Shown here: positions 31,307-40,624 of the stretch, piece after piece
How the letters are laid out: every line of letters begins with the position of its first letter
How positions within the stretch are numbered: position 1 is the stretch's first letter
Origin: Campylobacteraceae bacterium
Lineage (GTDB): Bacteria; Campylobacterota; Campylobacteria; Campylobacterales; Arcobacteraceae
DNA: 64,000 bases
Assembly: GCA_013215945.1 (NCBI GenBank)
Contig: JABSOM010000010.1
Span: 1-64,000 of the forward strand
Reading direction: 5' to 3'
Translations under genes and position numbers: made by a program
The notes under the pieces: generated by a model
What the model was told of the DNA's origin: nothing
The model's database searches: none
The model's input: the letters and a program-made list of their open reading frames with translations, nothing else

Positions 31307-32302
31307 CTAGATAAACTCTACGCCTTTTTTTCCTTCTTCAATACTTCCAATAACATAAGCATCAGTACTTGCTAAGATTGCATCTACTTTAGAAGGATCT
31401 GCAACAACTACCATTCCTACACCCATATTAAAGGTTCTATACATTTCGTCAAGTTCTACATGCTCACCAATAAAATCAAAAATTGGTAAAACTTTTATAG
31501 AATCTCTTTTTACCACCGCTTTTAAATGTTCAGGTAAAACACGTGGTAAGTTTTCAGTAATACCTCCACCTGTGATATGAGCTAAAGCAGAAATATTTTC
31601 TTTGTTTTCTTTAAATTCTTTTACATAAATTCTGGTTGGTTCTAATAATACTTCTTTTAAAGGTTTTCCTTCAAAATCATCATCAAGAGTCAGCCCTAGT
31701 GTTTCAAATAATACTTTTCGTACCAATGAAAAACCATTTGAATGAATTCCTGAAGAAGGAAGTGCTAATAAAACATCTCCTGCATTAATTCGCTCAATTC
31801 TGTTTAATTCGTCTTTTTCTGCAATTCCAACACAAAAACCAGCCAAATCAAAATCGCCTTCTTTGTACATTCCTGGCATTTCAGCTGTTTCACCACCAAC
31901 TAGTGCACATTCACTTCTGATACAACCTTCAGCAATACCTTTGATTACAGCAGAAGCTTCATCTACATTTAGTTTAGCAGTTGCATAATAATCTAAGAAA
32001 AATAAAGGCTCTCCAAAGTTACATAATAAATCATTCGTACACATTGCAACTAAATCTATTCCAACAGTATCAAATATTTTAGCATCTATTGCTAATTTTA
32101 ATTTAGTACCAACACCATCTGTTCCAGATAATAAAACTGGTTTTTTGTAACCACTAGGTAATTCAAATGCACCAGCAAATGACCCAATTCCACCTAATAC
32201 ACCTGGAATTTTTGTTGCTTTTACATAAGGTTTAATATTTTCAACAAATTGATTTCCTGCATCTATATCTACACCTGCATCTTTATAACTAACTTTTGCC
32301 AC
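31307..32302 (-). CDS. purM: Phosphoribosylformylglycinamidine cyclo-ligase (AIR synthetase)
   Basis: YKDAGVDIDAGN N-terminus, 331 aa. Confidence 0.9.
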   Translation of the reverse strand: MAKVSYKDAGVDIDAGNQFVENIKPYVKATKIPGVLGGIGSFAGAFELPSGYKKPVLLSGTDGVGTKLKLAIDAKIFDTVGIDLVAMCTNDLLCNFGEPLFFLDYYATAKLNVDEASAVIKGIAEGCIRSECALVGGETAEMPGMYKEGDFDLAGFCVGIAEKDELNRIERINAGDVLLALPSSGIHSNGFSLVRKVLFETLGLTLDDDFEGKPLKEVLLEPTRIYVKEFKENKENISALAHITGGGITENLPRVLPEHLKAVVKRDSIKVLPIFDFIGEHVELDEMYRTFNMGVGMVVVADPSKVDAILASTDAYVIGSIEEGKKGVEFI

Positions 32303-32519
32303 GTTCGTCCTTCATATGTCTTGTAAAATCAAGGGTAAATTAGATTTACCTATACATCAATTTTTTTGCTATTATAGCAAAAAAGATTTAAAAACATGTT
32401 AGATATTAACTTAAGCTAACTATTATACTAAATAATAAGCTTTTACTCTTTATATAGGTAATTTATTTTTTGTTTAAAATAATTGATTTTATTATACTTT
32501 TTACTGTACAATAGCCACT

Positions 32520-33110
32520 ATGAACAAAGATACATTTAAGAGGGCTATTGCATTAACAGGTGGAATAGCTACAGGCAAATCTACTGTATGTAATTTACTA
32601 AAAAAAGATGATTTTTTAATCATTGATGCCGATCTTATTGCGCATAAGCTTTTAGATTTACATCACCTGAGCATAGCCTCTATGTTTGGGCAAGAATATG
32701 TAAAAGACAAAAGAGTACTTCGTAAAAAACTGGGAAGTATTATTTTTTCTAATGAAAAAAACAAATTGAAACTAGAAGCTTTTATTCATCCTTTAATTCA
32801 AAAAGAAATTGAAAAAGAAGCCAGTATTTTAGAAAAAATGGAAAAAGTATATTTTATTGATATACCCCTGTTTTACGAAAAGATGCACTACCCTATTTCA
32901 AAATGTTTACTCGTATATGCCCCTAAAGATACACAAAAAAAGCGTTTAATGAGCAGAGATAATATCGATGCTAAAGAGGCCCTTCTTAAAATATCCAATC
33001 AAATGGATATTGAAGAGAAAAAAAACAAAGCAGACTATATAATAGATAATTCTTCTGGTTTGAAAGAGCTAAAAGATGAAGTAGAACAATTTATTAAGGA
33101 AATTTTATGA
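32520..33110 (+). CDS. coaE: Dephospho-CoA kinase
   Basis: IALTGGIATGKST P-loop, 196 aa; ATGA overlap with dapF. Confidence 0.85.
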   Translation: MNKDTFKRAIALTGGIATGKSTVCNLLKKDDFLIIDADLIAHKLLDLHHLSIASMFGQEYVKDKRVLRKKLGSIIFSNEKNKLKLEAFIHPLIQKEIEKEASILEKMEKVYFIDIPLFYEKMHYPISKCLLVYAPKDTQKKRLMSRDNIDAKEALLKISNQMDIEEKKNKADYIIDNSSGLKELKDEVEQFIKEIL

Positions 33111-33844
33111 CCTATACAAAATATTCAGCAAGTGGCAATGATTTTGTCATATTTCACACTTTTATCAAAAAAGATTACAGTGAACTTGCTAAATCTTTAT
33201 GTTCAAGAACGCAAGGCATTGGGGCAGATGGACTGATTGTTCTTCTGCCTCATGAAAGCTTAGATTTTCAATGGTTGTTTTACAATTCTGATGGCTCAGA
33301 AGCGTCAATGTGTGGGAATGGAACAAGAGCTTGTGCCCACTATGCTTTATCAAATAATTTAGCAAATGAGAAAATGAGTTTTTTAACATCTGCTGGAACC
33401 ATATTTTGTGAAGTAAAAAAAGATGTAGTTGAAACACAATTAACCAAAGCTGTAATAATAAAAGAAGAATTCCAAGAAGATGGAAAAACCTGGTATTTAA
33501 TAGATACAGGAGTACCACATTTAGTATGTATAGTAAATGATTTAAATGAATACGATCATGATTTATGTGCAAAAATGAGATACAAATACAATGCAAATGT
33601 TAATTTTGCGTGTATAAATTCAAAAAAAATAAATGTAAGAACCTATGAAAGGGGTGTTGAAGGGGAAACCCTAGCTTGTGGAACAGGAATGGCAGCATGT
33701 TTTTTAAGAGCCTATAAATTAGGATTAGTGGATAAAAAAACCTTTGTTTACCCAAAAAGTAATGAAGAATTAACGCTAAGATTAGAAAACAATGAGGTGT
33801 ATTTTAAAGGTAGTGTCCAACAAGTTTTTACAACAACAATATAA
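33107..33844 (+). CDS. dapF: Diaminopimelate epimerase
   Basis: SGNDFVIF and MCGNGTRA catalytic Cys motifs. Confidence 0.85.
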   Translation: MTYTKYSASGNDFVIFHTFIKKDYSELAKSLCSRTQGIGADGLIVLLPHESLDFQWLFYNSDGSEASMCGNGTRACAHYALSNNLANEKMSFLTSAGTIFCEVKKDVVETQLTKAVIIKEEFQEDGKTWYLIDTGVPHLVCIVNDLNEYDHDLCAKMRYKYNANVNFACINSKKINVRTYERGVEGETLACGTGMAACFLRAYKLGLVDKKTFVYPKSNEELTLRLENNEVYFKGSVQQVFTTTI

Positions 33845-34572
33845 TGAAAAAAATTTTACTAGTACTTGCTTTTAGCTCACTGCTAATACTTAATGCACTT
33901 GGCTTTCCAAAAGAGTATTATTCACTTAAAGATACAAAACAAATGAAAACATATTTTTTTAATTTTTTGTATCCCTTAATTGAAGAAGAAAATAATCTAA
34001 TTTTAAAAGACAGAGCTTTTATCCTGTCTTTAAAAACAAATAAGAACTTGGAAAAAAATTCAAAAGATTATCTTAAATTAGAAAAACTTGCGAAAACATA
34101 TTCGGTTAAAGATATGTTTGATTATAAAAAACTCTTAAAGAAAATTGACATCATTCCTCCTTCTATGGCTTTAGCGCAAGCTGCTACTGAAAGTGGCTGG
34201 GGAAAAAGTCGTTTTGTTAAAGTGGCAAATAATATTTTTGGACATTGGACTTACGGAAAAGTGGGAATTGTTCCTTTACGCAGAAATAAGGGTTCAAAAC
34301 ACCTTATACGTATTTTCCCTGATCTTCAAACATCTATAAAAGCTTATATGCAAAACCTTAACCGTACGCGTGCGTATTCTTCTTTTAGAAATAAAAGAGA
34401 AACACAGCGTAAACGTTCTATGGAGCTACAAGGTCTCGCTTTATCACAAACAATGATAAACTATTCAGCAATTAGAGAAAAGTATCTAAAAATTCTTGGC
34501 TCAATTATCAGAGTAAACAAACTAAAAAACTATGATCAAAAATATTATGATCAGGTCTTAAAAAACAAATAA
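33844..34572 (+). CDS. Secreted glucosaminidase-domain protein (FlgJ C-terminal/Bax-like peptidoglycan hydrolase)
   Basis: AQAATESGWGKSRF...NIFGHW matches the mannosyl-glycoprotein endo-beta-N-acetylglucosaminidase-like catalytic block. Confidence 0.65.
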   Translation: MKKILLVLAFSSLLILNALGFPKEYYSLKDTKQMKTYFFNFLYPLIEEENNLILKDRAFILSLKTNKNLEKNSKDYLKLEKLAKTYSVKDMFDYKKLLKKIDIIPPSMALAQAATESGWGKSRFVKVANNIFGHWTYGKVGIVPLRRNKGSKHLIRIFPDLQTSIKAYMQNLNRTRAYSSFRNKRETQRKRSMELQGLALSQTMINYSAIREKYLKILGSIIRVNKLKNYDQKYYDQVLKNK

Positions 34573-34600
34573 AAACCTGTTTATTCAGGTTTTTATTTCA
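34571..34600 (+). terminator. Rho-independent terminator
   Basis: AAAAACCTG tttatt CAGGTTTTT followed by ATTTC. Confidence 0.45.
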
Positions 34601-34659
34601 TTTAAACTATTCTTATACAATTTAACTTTATAATAACTATCAAATATAAAAGGAAAAAA

Positions 34660-35265
34660 ATGAAAAAAATTCTTATTAAGAGCTTACTCCCCATTTTACT
34701 AGGCTCAGTGCTTTTTACGGCTTGTTCTTCAAAAGAAGAAGTTGAAGTAAAAAAAACAGAAACTTCATCTGGTGATATGTATGTAAATCCTGAATTAAAA
34801 GGTTCTCCAAAATGGGTTAGAATGCCTTATGTCCAAGGAACTATTTCAGATGTAGGCTCAGCGCCTCAAAATGCAGGTAATGATTTTTCTTTTCAAAGAG
34901 AAGAAGCTATGGCTGATGCTAGAGATAACTTAGCAAAACAAATATCAGTAAAAGTTAATAATATGTTCAAATCCTTTAAATCTGTTACGGGTTCAGGTGA
35001 GAATTCTACCTTTGATAAATCAAGTGAAAAAGTATCGAAACAAATCGCTTCTGAAACACTTAACAATACTATTGTAAAAGATACATGGATATCTACCTCT
35101 GGTACATTTTATGTATTAATGGCAGTAGATACTGCGCAGGTTAGCTCAAAAATAGAAGAATCAGTAAGAACTTCATTTAAAGATGATAAAGCAATGTATC
35201 AAAAGTTTTTGGCTTCAAAAGCACAAGGTGAGCTTGCGATGGAACTTGAAAAGTTAAATAAATAA
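34660..35265 (+). CDS. LPP20-family lipoprotein
   Basis: Lipobox LFTACSS; PKWVRMP...GSAPQNAGNDFSFQREEAMADARDNLAKQISVKV matches LPP20 signature. Confidence 0.6.
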   Translation: MKKILIKSLLPILLGSVLFTACSSKEEVEVKKTETSSGDMYVNPELKGSPKWVRMPYVQGTISDVGSAPQNAGNDFSFQREEAMADARDNLAKQISVKVNNMFKSFKSVTGSGENSTFDKSSEKVSKQIASETLNNTIVKDTWISTSGTFYVLMAVDTAQVSSKIEESVRTSFKDDKAMYQKFLASKAQGELAMELEKLNK

Positions 35266-35300
35266 ACTATAGGGAAACCTATAGTTAGCAAAGAAATACT

Positions 35301-36422
35301 ATGAAAAAAGTCCTTGTTTTATTATTACCCCTTTTTTTATTCTCTCAAAGTTTTGAAGATTTTAAAAAAGAAGAAAATATTTCATACTCTGCTTATAAAA
35401 AAGACTTTTATACTTACAAAGAAGCCTTTTTAGAAGCACATAAAGAGTATATAAATGAAATTAAAACATTCTGGCCACAAAAAGAATTATCCACAAAAAA
35501 CAAATGGGTACAATATTCCAAAAACTATCAAGAAAAAAAAGTTGTTGATTTTGAAAATCAAGTTATTCATTTAAATGTTATTGCAAAATCTTCTAAAGAA
35601 GCAAGAGAAAAACTTTCACAAGCTTTAAGTGATTTATTAAAAGAAGATGTAAAAAGTGCTTATAAAAACGATCAATTAGAACAAAATATTTCAAAAAAAC
35701 TAAAGAAAAAACTAAAAATACAATCAAAAGAAAAAATAATAGCAGATGTGCTTAATAAAAGTACTATCAAAAAATATAAAAAATATATTCAAGTCCGTCC
35801 CTTAGAAAAAACTATCTATAACAATAACACTATTTATAGCCTTAATTTAAAACTTCCTTCAAAAGCTTTAATAAATAAAGCATTAATACATAAAAATACA
35901 ATTTCAGCAGATGCAAAAAAAATGCAGCTTCCAAAAGAACTGGTTTATGCCATTATCCATTCAGAGAGTGCTTTTAATCCAATGGCAAGATCTCATATTC
36001 CTGCTTATGGTTTAATGCAAATTGTTCCTAAGTCAGCGGGAATTGATTCTTATAATTTTTTGTATGGCGAAAAAAAACTTTTATCTTCAAGTTATTTATA
36101 TAATTCCAAAAATAACATCAAAATAGGTACAGCTTATTTACATATTTTATTTTACAAATATTTAAAAGGTATAAAAAATAAAGAAGCGCGTTTATACTGT
36201 GCCATTGCGGCATATAATACAGGCGCAGGTAATGTGGCCAGAGCTTTTTACAAAACAAACAATATTAAAAAAGCAATAGAAATTATTAATAAAATGCAAG
36301 CAAAGGAAGTATATAAACAACTTATGAAAAATTTGCCGTATAAAGAAACAAAAAAATATTTATACAAGGTAAATCAAAAACGTTTTGTTTATAATAAATT
36401 AATACAAGACAATATTTTATGA
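35301..36422 (+). CDS. Membrane-bound lytic murein transglycosylase (MltC-like: N-terminal DUF3393-like + SLT domain)
   Basis: SLT catalytic block ELVYAIIHSESAFNPMARSHIPAYGLMQIVP and AYNTGAGNV. Confidence 0.75.
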   Translation: MKKVLVLLLPLFLFSQSFEDFKKEENISYSAYKKDFYTYKEAFLEAHKEYINEIKTFWPQKELSTKNKWVQYSKNYQEKKVVDFENQVIHLNVIAKSSKEAREKLSQALSDLLKEDVKSAYKNDQLEQNISKKLKKKLKIQSKEKIIADVLNKSTIKKYKKYIQVRPLEKTIYNNNTIYSLNLKLPSKALINKALIHKNTISADAKKMQLPKELVYAIIHSESAFNPMARSHIPAYGLMQIVPKSAGIDSYNFLYGEKKLLSSSYLYNSKNNIKIGTAYLHILFYKYLKGIKNKEARLYCAIAAYNTGAGNVARAFYKTNNIKKAIEIINKMQAKEVYKQLMKNLPYKETKKYLYKVNQKRFVYNKLIQDNIL

Positions 36423-37846
36423 AAAAGTATCTTCTTTTCTTAGCGCTTTTATGCTTTTTACCAGCCAATGAATACCAAGATTGGTTAAAAACGCAAGAAA
36501 AAGAATATCACAGTTATAAAAAATCCTTTGATCAAGACTTTGTTGAAGCGTTAAAGAAAGACTGGTTGCATTTTCAAAGCAGTTATACACTTAATCCCTA
36601 TGAAAAAAATAAACCTCAAATATTAAATAGCATCAATAATCCCATTCATTTAAGTAAAAAAGAAATCAAAAAATCAAAAATAATTACAATCAAAAACATA
36701 AATAAAGAAGAAGATTCAAAAATTGTTTTAAAAGAAAAAACGATACTTCCTTTTAATAATTTAAAAAAGATATCGTTTTCTTTTTATTCGCAAGAGATAA
36801 ATATTGATTATGATAAAAAACATAAAAACTTTCTAAGGTACAATAAAGATGCTTTTAGTGCTTTTTGGAATGATATAAGTAAAAGTAAGTATCAAGGTAC
36901 CCTTAGGCAATTTCAAGACTATGCAAGGGAATTAAACTTAAATGATTGGGCAAAATATTTACTTATATATAAAAGTGCGTATCAAATATATCAAGATAAA
37001 AATATGGCAAATTTATTTACTTGGTTTTATTTATCAAAGATGAATTATGATGTCAAAATTGCATTTAATGAAAATAATATCTACCTTATTTCAAAACTTA
37101 CTCACAAATTGTATGAAGTTTCATATGTAAGGATTAAAAATAAAAGATATTACGTATTAAGCGCAGAAAAACCTATTAAAAATATTGGACAAGTATATAC
37201 CTATAAAAGTACCTATGAGAATGCACATAAAAGTCTTTCTTTTACGAGTAGAAAAGCCATCAAACTTTTTGGAAATATCAAAGAAAAAATATTAAATTTT
37301 TCCTATGATAATAAACAATATAAAATTAAAGCCAAATACAGCCTTGATTTAATTGATTTTTACAGTACTTTTCCACAATCAGATTATAAAGTTTATTTTA
37401 ACAGCACCCACTCTTTGCTTTTATCTTCTAGTTTATTAAAAGAACTAAAAATAATCATAGAAGGAAAAACAGAATTAGAAGCAATAAATATCTTATTGCG
37501 TTTTGTTCAAACAGCCTTTTCTTACAAAAGTGATAAAGAAAACTTTTTCAAAGAAAATGTACTTTTTCCTGAAGAAACTATCTTTTACTCTTACAGTGAT
37601 TGTGAAGACAGAAGTATTCTTTTTAATTTTTTAGTTAAAAACTTGAGTAATTTAGACATTATAGCCCTTAAGTATGACAATCATTTAAGTAATGCTATAG
37701 CTTTTTCTTCTTATGTAAAAGGAGATTCTACACAATATAAGAATAAAAGATATGTTGTATCAGACCCCACATATATAAACGCTAATATTGGACAAACAAT
37801 GCCTATATATAAAAATAAAGAATTCCAAATAATTGAAATCAACTAA
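36419..37846 (+). CDS. Secreted protein with C-terminal transglutaminase-like cysteine-protease core
   Basis: Signal peptide; C-terminal YSDCEDRSILFNFLVKNL...DNHLSNAIAF...YVVSDPT gives Cys/His/Asp triad spacing of the transglutaminase-like superfamily. ATGA-coupled to mltC-like gene. Confidence 0.5.
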   Translation: MKKYLLFLALLCFLPANEYQDWLKTQEKEYHSYKKSFDQDFVEALKKDWLHFQSSYTLNPYEKNKPQILNSINNPIHLSKKEIKKSKIITIKNINKEEDSKIVLKEKTILPFNNLKKISFSFYSQEINIDYDKKHKNFLRYNKDAFSAFWNDISKSKYQGTLRQFQDYARELNLNDWAKYLLIYKSAYQIYQDKNMANLFTWFYLSKMNYDVKIAFNENNIYLISKLTHKLYEVSYVRIKNKRYYVLSAEKPIKNIGQVYTYKSTYENAHKSLSFTSRKAIKLFGNIKEKILNFSYDNKQYKIKAKYSLDLIDFYSTFPQSDYKVYFNSTHSLLLSSSLLKELKIIIEGKTELEAINILLRFVQTAFSYKSDKENFFKENVLFPEETIFYSYSDCEDRSILFNFLVKNLSNLDIIALKYDNHLSNAIAFSSYVKGDSTQYKNKRYVVSDPTYINANIGQTMPIYKNKEFQIIEIN

Positions 37847-37965
37847 GTATAATAATATCCAGTTAAAACAATATGAAATCGATAATATAGGTATTAAAAG
37901 AAGAAATTGAAAATAGTTGTAAGAATAGTTACATATTTAAATACGTAACTATTTGTGTATTAAAG

Positions 37966-38487
37966 TTATTTTAATAATTTTAATATGTCTTTTTCTATAT
38001 CCATTGGTTTTTTAGCTGAACCATATCTTTCGCAAACTTTTCCATTTTTATCTACTAAGAATTTTGTGAAATTCCATTTAATACCTTCAGTTGAAAGTAG
38101 GCCTTTTGCTTCTTTCTTTAAGAACTGATATAAAGGAATAGTATTTTCACCATTCACATCAACTTTTGCAAACATATCAAACGCAACAGAATAATTCAAG
38201 GTACAAAATTCTTGTATTTCTTCATTAGTTCCCGGTTCTTGTTTTGAGAATTGGTTTGAAGGGAAAGCAAGTACTGCAAAATCTTTCTCACTGTATAATT
38301 CATGTAACTTTTCTAAACCTTCATATTGTGGAGTAAAACCACATTTACTAGCAACATTCACAATAAGTAGTACTTTATCTTTGTATATACTCATTGAAAC
38401 ATCTTCATTCTTTATATTTTTTACATTAAAATCATAAATATTCATAAATATCCTTTTCTTTATTATAGGAAAAATACATAAAGACAT
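37966..38487 (-). CDS. gpx: Glutathione peroxidase (thiol peroxidase, GPx/BsaA family)
   Basis: LLIVNVASKCGFTPQYEGLEKLHELY and FPSNQFSKQEPG motifs; true start probably the internal MNIYDF (~38445). Confidence 0.85.
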   Translation of the reverse strand: MSLCIFPIIKKRIFMNIYDFNVKNIKNEDVSMSIYKDKVLLIVNVASKCGFTPQYEGLEKLHELYSEKDFAVLAFPSNQFSKQEPGTNEEIQEFCTLNYSVAFDMFAKVDVNGENTIPLYQFLKKEAKGLLSTEGIKWNFTKFLVDKNGKVCERYGSAKKPMDIEKDILKLLK

Positions 38488-38615
38488 AGTGATTATGAAG
38501 GGATTTAAATAAATATTAACAAATTTGTAAAATTTAGAGTAATTTTCTTTAAATTTAAAATTACTTTAATGTTAATTACAATATTATTCTATCCGCTTAA
38601 AGTAAAGCGAATGAT

Positions 38616-38690
38616 TGGGGTATCGCCAAGTGGTAAGGCATCAGCTTTTGGTGCTGACATTCTCAGGTTCGAATCCTGATACCCCATCCA
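38616..38690 (+). tRNA. tRNA-Gln (anticodon TTG)
   Basis: Cloverleaf with acceptor TGGGGTA/TACCCCA, anticodon loop TTTTGGT, T-loop TTCGAAT, CCA encoded. Confidence 0.8.
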
Positions 38691-38717
38691 TTTTAATGTT
38701 AAATAATAATTCAATCC

Positions 38718-38802
38718 GGGGAGGTTGGAGAGTGGTCAAATCCAAGGGATTGTAAATCCCTCGCCTACGGCTTCGAAGGTTCGAGTCCTTCTCTCCCCAC
38801 CA
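38718..38802 (+). tRNA. tRNA-Tyr (anticodon GTA), type II long variable arm
   Basis: Anticodon stem AGGGA/TCCCT loop TTGTAAA; long variable arm; CCA encoded. Confidence 0.8.
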
Positions 38803-38812
38803 CTTTAATAGT

Positions 38813-38888
38813 GGCTCGATAGCTCAGTCGGTAGAGCAAAGGACTGAAAATCCTTGTGTCGACAGTTCGATTCTGTCTCGCGCCACCA
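38813..38888 (+). tRNA. tRNA-Phe (anticodon GAA)
   Basis: D-arm AGCTCAGTCGGTAGAGC, anticodon loop CTGAAAA, T-loop TTCGATT, CCA encoded. Confidence 0.8.
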
Positions 38889-38934
38889 TTTGAATTTATT
38901 TAACATTATATTTTATATTACTACCATTAAAAAT

Positions 38935-39021
38935 GCGAGCGTGGCGGAATTGGTAGACGCGTTGGACTTAAAATCCAATTCTGGTTTCAGAGTGTCGGTT
39001 CAATTCCGACCGTTCGCACCA
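38935..39021 (+). tRNA. tRNA-Leu (anticodon TAA), copy 1
   Basis: 87 nt type II; anticodon stem TTGGA/TCCAA loop CTTAAAA; CCA encoded. Confidence 0.8.
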
Positions 39022-39090
39022 CTATTAGAAATAATAGTAAGCCTAAGATAGTTTTTTAACTGTTTTAAAAATTAAAGTTTATTCTTTAAT

Positions 39091-39167
39091 GCTGATGTAG
39101 CTCAGTTGGCTAGAGCAGCTGATTTGTAATCAGCAGGTCGTAGGTTCAACTCCTATCATCAGCTCCA
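39091..39167 (+). tRNA. tRNA-Thr (anticodon TGT)
   Basis: Acceptor GCTGATG/CATCAGC, anticodon loop TTTGTAA. Confidence 0.8.
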
Positions 39168-39217
39168 TTTTATAAAGAACTGGTAATCTTTATAATCTTA
39201 TTTTTACCACAAGTTAA

Positions 39218-39294
39218 GCGGGAGTAGCTCAGTTGGCTAGAGCCTCTGCCTTCCAAGCAGATTGTCGCGAGTTCGAGTCTCGTCTCCCGCTCCA
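39218..39294 (+). tRNA. tRNA-Gly (anticodon TCC)
   Basis: Acceptor GCGGGAG/CTCCCGC, anticodon loop CTTCCAA. Confidence 0.8.
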
Positions 39295-39308
39295 CTTAAT
39301 TTACAAAC

Positions 39309-39385
39309 CGCGGAATAGAGCAGCACGGTAGCTCGACGGGCTCATAACCCGTAGGTCACAGGTTCAAATCCTGTTTCCGCAACCA
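39309..39385 (+). tRNA. Initiator tRNA-fMet (anticodon CAT)
   Basis: C1xA72 mismatch and three consecutive G-C pairs in anticodon stem (GGG-CTCATAA-CCC) are bacterial initiator hallmarks. Confidence 0.75.
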
Positions 39386-39415
39386 AAAATAATTAATAAC
39401 TACCAAATAAAATAT

Positions 39416-39502
39416 GCGAGCGTGGCGGAATTGGTAGACGCGTTGGACTTAAAATCCAATTCTGGTTTCAGAGTGTCGGTTCAATTCCGACCGTTCGCAC
39501 CA
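39416..39502 (+). tRNA. tRNA-Leu (anticodon TAA), copy 2 (identical to copy 1)
   Basis: Same 87-nt sequence as 38935-39021, including a similar 5' flank. Confidence 0.8.
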
Positions 39503-39657
39503 TAAATTAAAAAATATCATATTATGATGTTTTTAAATTTAGTCCAATAATGTAGGAACATTATTGAGAAATGAAATGTATATTTCATTTTAGAAAACAA
39601 AAATCATAGACGATATGATTTAAAATACTTTTAACTACTTCCTACAGTTATACGGTT

Positions 39658-39746
39658 GGAGAATTGACAGAGTTGGTCGAATGTACCGGTTTTGAAAACC
39701 GGCGAGGGTCACACCTCCGAGGGTTCGAATCCCTTGTTCTCCTCCA
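39658..39746 (+). tRNA. tRNA-Ser (anticodon TGA), type II
   Basis: Anticodon stem CCGGT/ACCGG loop TTTGAAA, long variable arm, T-loop TTCGAAT, CCA encoded. Confidence 0.75.
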
Positions 39747-39846
39747 TTATAAACCACAGAATAAACTTCATATAAACAATCATTTTACTTATTATTTCTT
39801 TATAAATTTTATTTAGCTAATATACTATTATTTTTAAAGGCTTATA

Positions 39847-40497
39847 ATGAAATATTTACTCTATATACTACTGTTTTCTATCTCCTTAATATCAGAACCC
39901 AACAATACTTTTAATCAAATACAAAAAGAATACAATGAAGCCGTAAGCCAAGCACTTTATTCCCTTAAGATTGACAAATACCTTGTACTTGCAGATAAAG
40001 GGAATAGCCTTGCACAGTATGATTTAGGAGTTATTTATGAAGAAGGGCATTACCCTGTTAATATAAATTTAAAAAAAGCTGTTAAGTATTATCAAGCAGC
40101 TGCTAAAGACAATCATATCCCTGCACTTGTGAAAATTGCCTATTTTTATCAAAAAGGTATCATTCTTAATAAAAATACTAAAAAAGCCATAGAGCTGTAT
40201 TCTAAAGCAGCTAAAGCTAACAATGCTCAAGCGCAATATAAACTAGCAAGTATGTATGCAAGAGAAGAAGGTTTAATAAAAGATATTGATATTATTCTGT
40301 CTTTATATACCGAATCTGCAAATCAAGGATATTTATCTTCTATTATTGCGTTAGGACTTTATTATGAACTGGGTATTGATGTGAAAAAAGATTATGGAAA
40401 AGCTCTGTATTGGTTTTCAAAAGTAAAAGATATACCTACAATACCTCAAAGAATTTTAAATATTTGTGATAAAAAAAGTGAATTGTGTAAACAATAG
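39847..40497 (+). CDS. Sel1-repeat (TPR-like, HcpA-like) secreted protein
   Basis: Signal peptide plus repeated A.QY.LG..YE.G / A.KYY..AA units (Sel1 repeats). Confidence 0.7.
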   Translation: MKYLLYILLFSISLISEPNNTFNQIQKEYNEAVSQALYSLKIDKYLVLADKGNSLAQYDLGVIYEEGHYPVNINLKKAVKYYQAAAKDNHIPALVKIAYFYQKGIILNKNTKKAIELYSKAAKANNAQAQYKLASMYAREEGLIKDIDIILSLYTESANQGYLSSIIALGLYYELGIDVKKDYGKALYWFSKVKDIPTIPQRILNICDKKSELCKQ

Positions 40498-40498
40498 A

Positions 40499-40576
40499 TG
40501 GTCGGGGCGAGAGGATTCGAACCTCCGGCCCCCTGGTCCCAAACCAGGTGCGCTAACCAGACTGCGCTACGCCCCG
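40499..40576 (-). tRNA. tRNA-Pro (anticodon TGG)
   Basis: Minus strand reads CGGGGCGTAGCGCAGTCTGGTTAGCGCACCTGGTTTGGGACCAGG...CGCCCCGACCA. Confidence 0.8.
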
Positions 40577-40624
40577 ACATTTTAAAGAACAGGATTTTAG
40601 TGTTTTTTTACTCTTTTGTCAAGC

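Noticed and set aside
38854-39051. 65-aa ORF spanning tRNA-Phe and tRNA-Leu
   Set aside because: Lies across tRNA genes; spurious.
39503-39657. Several short hairpins between tRNA-Leu copy 2 and tRNA-Ser
   Set aside because: Short AT-only stems typical of low-GC spacers; no evidence of an additional tRNA or sRNA.
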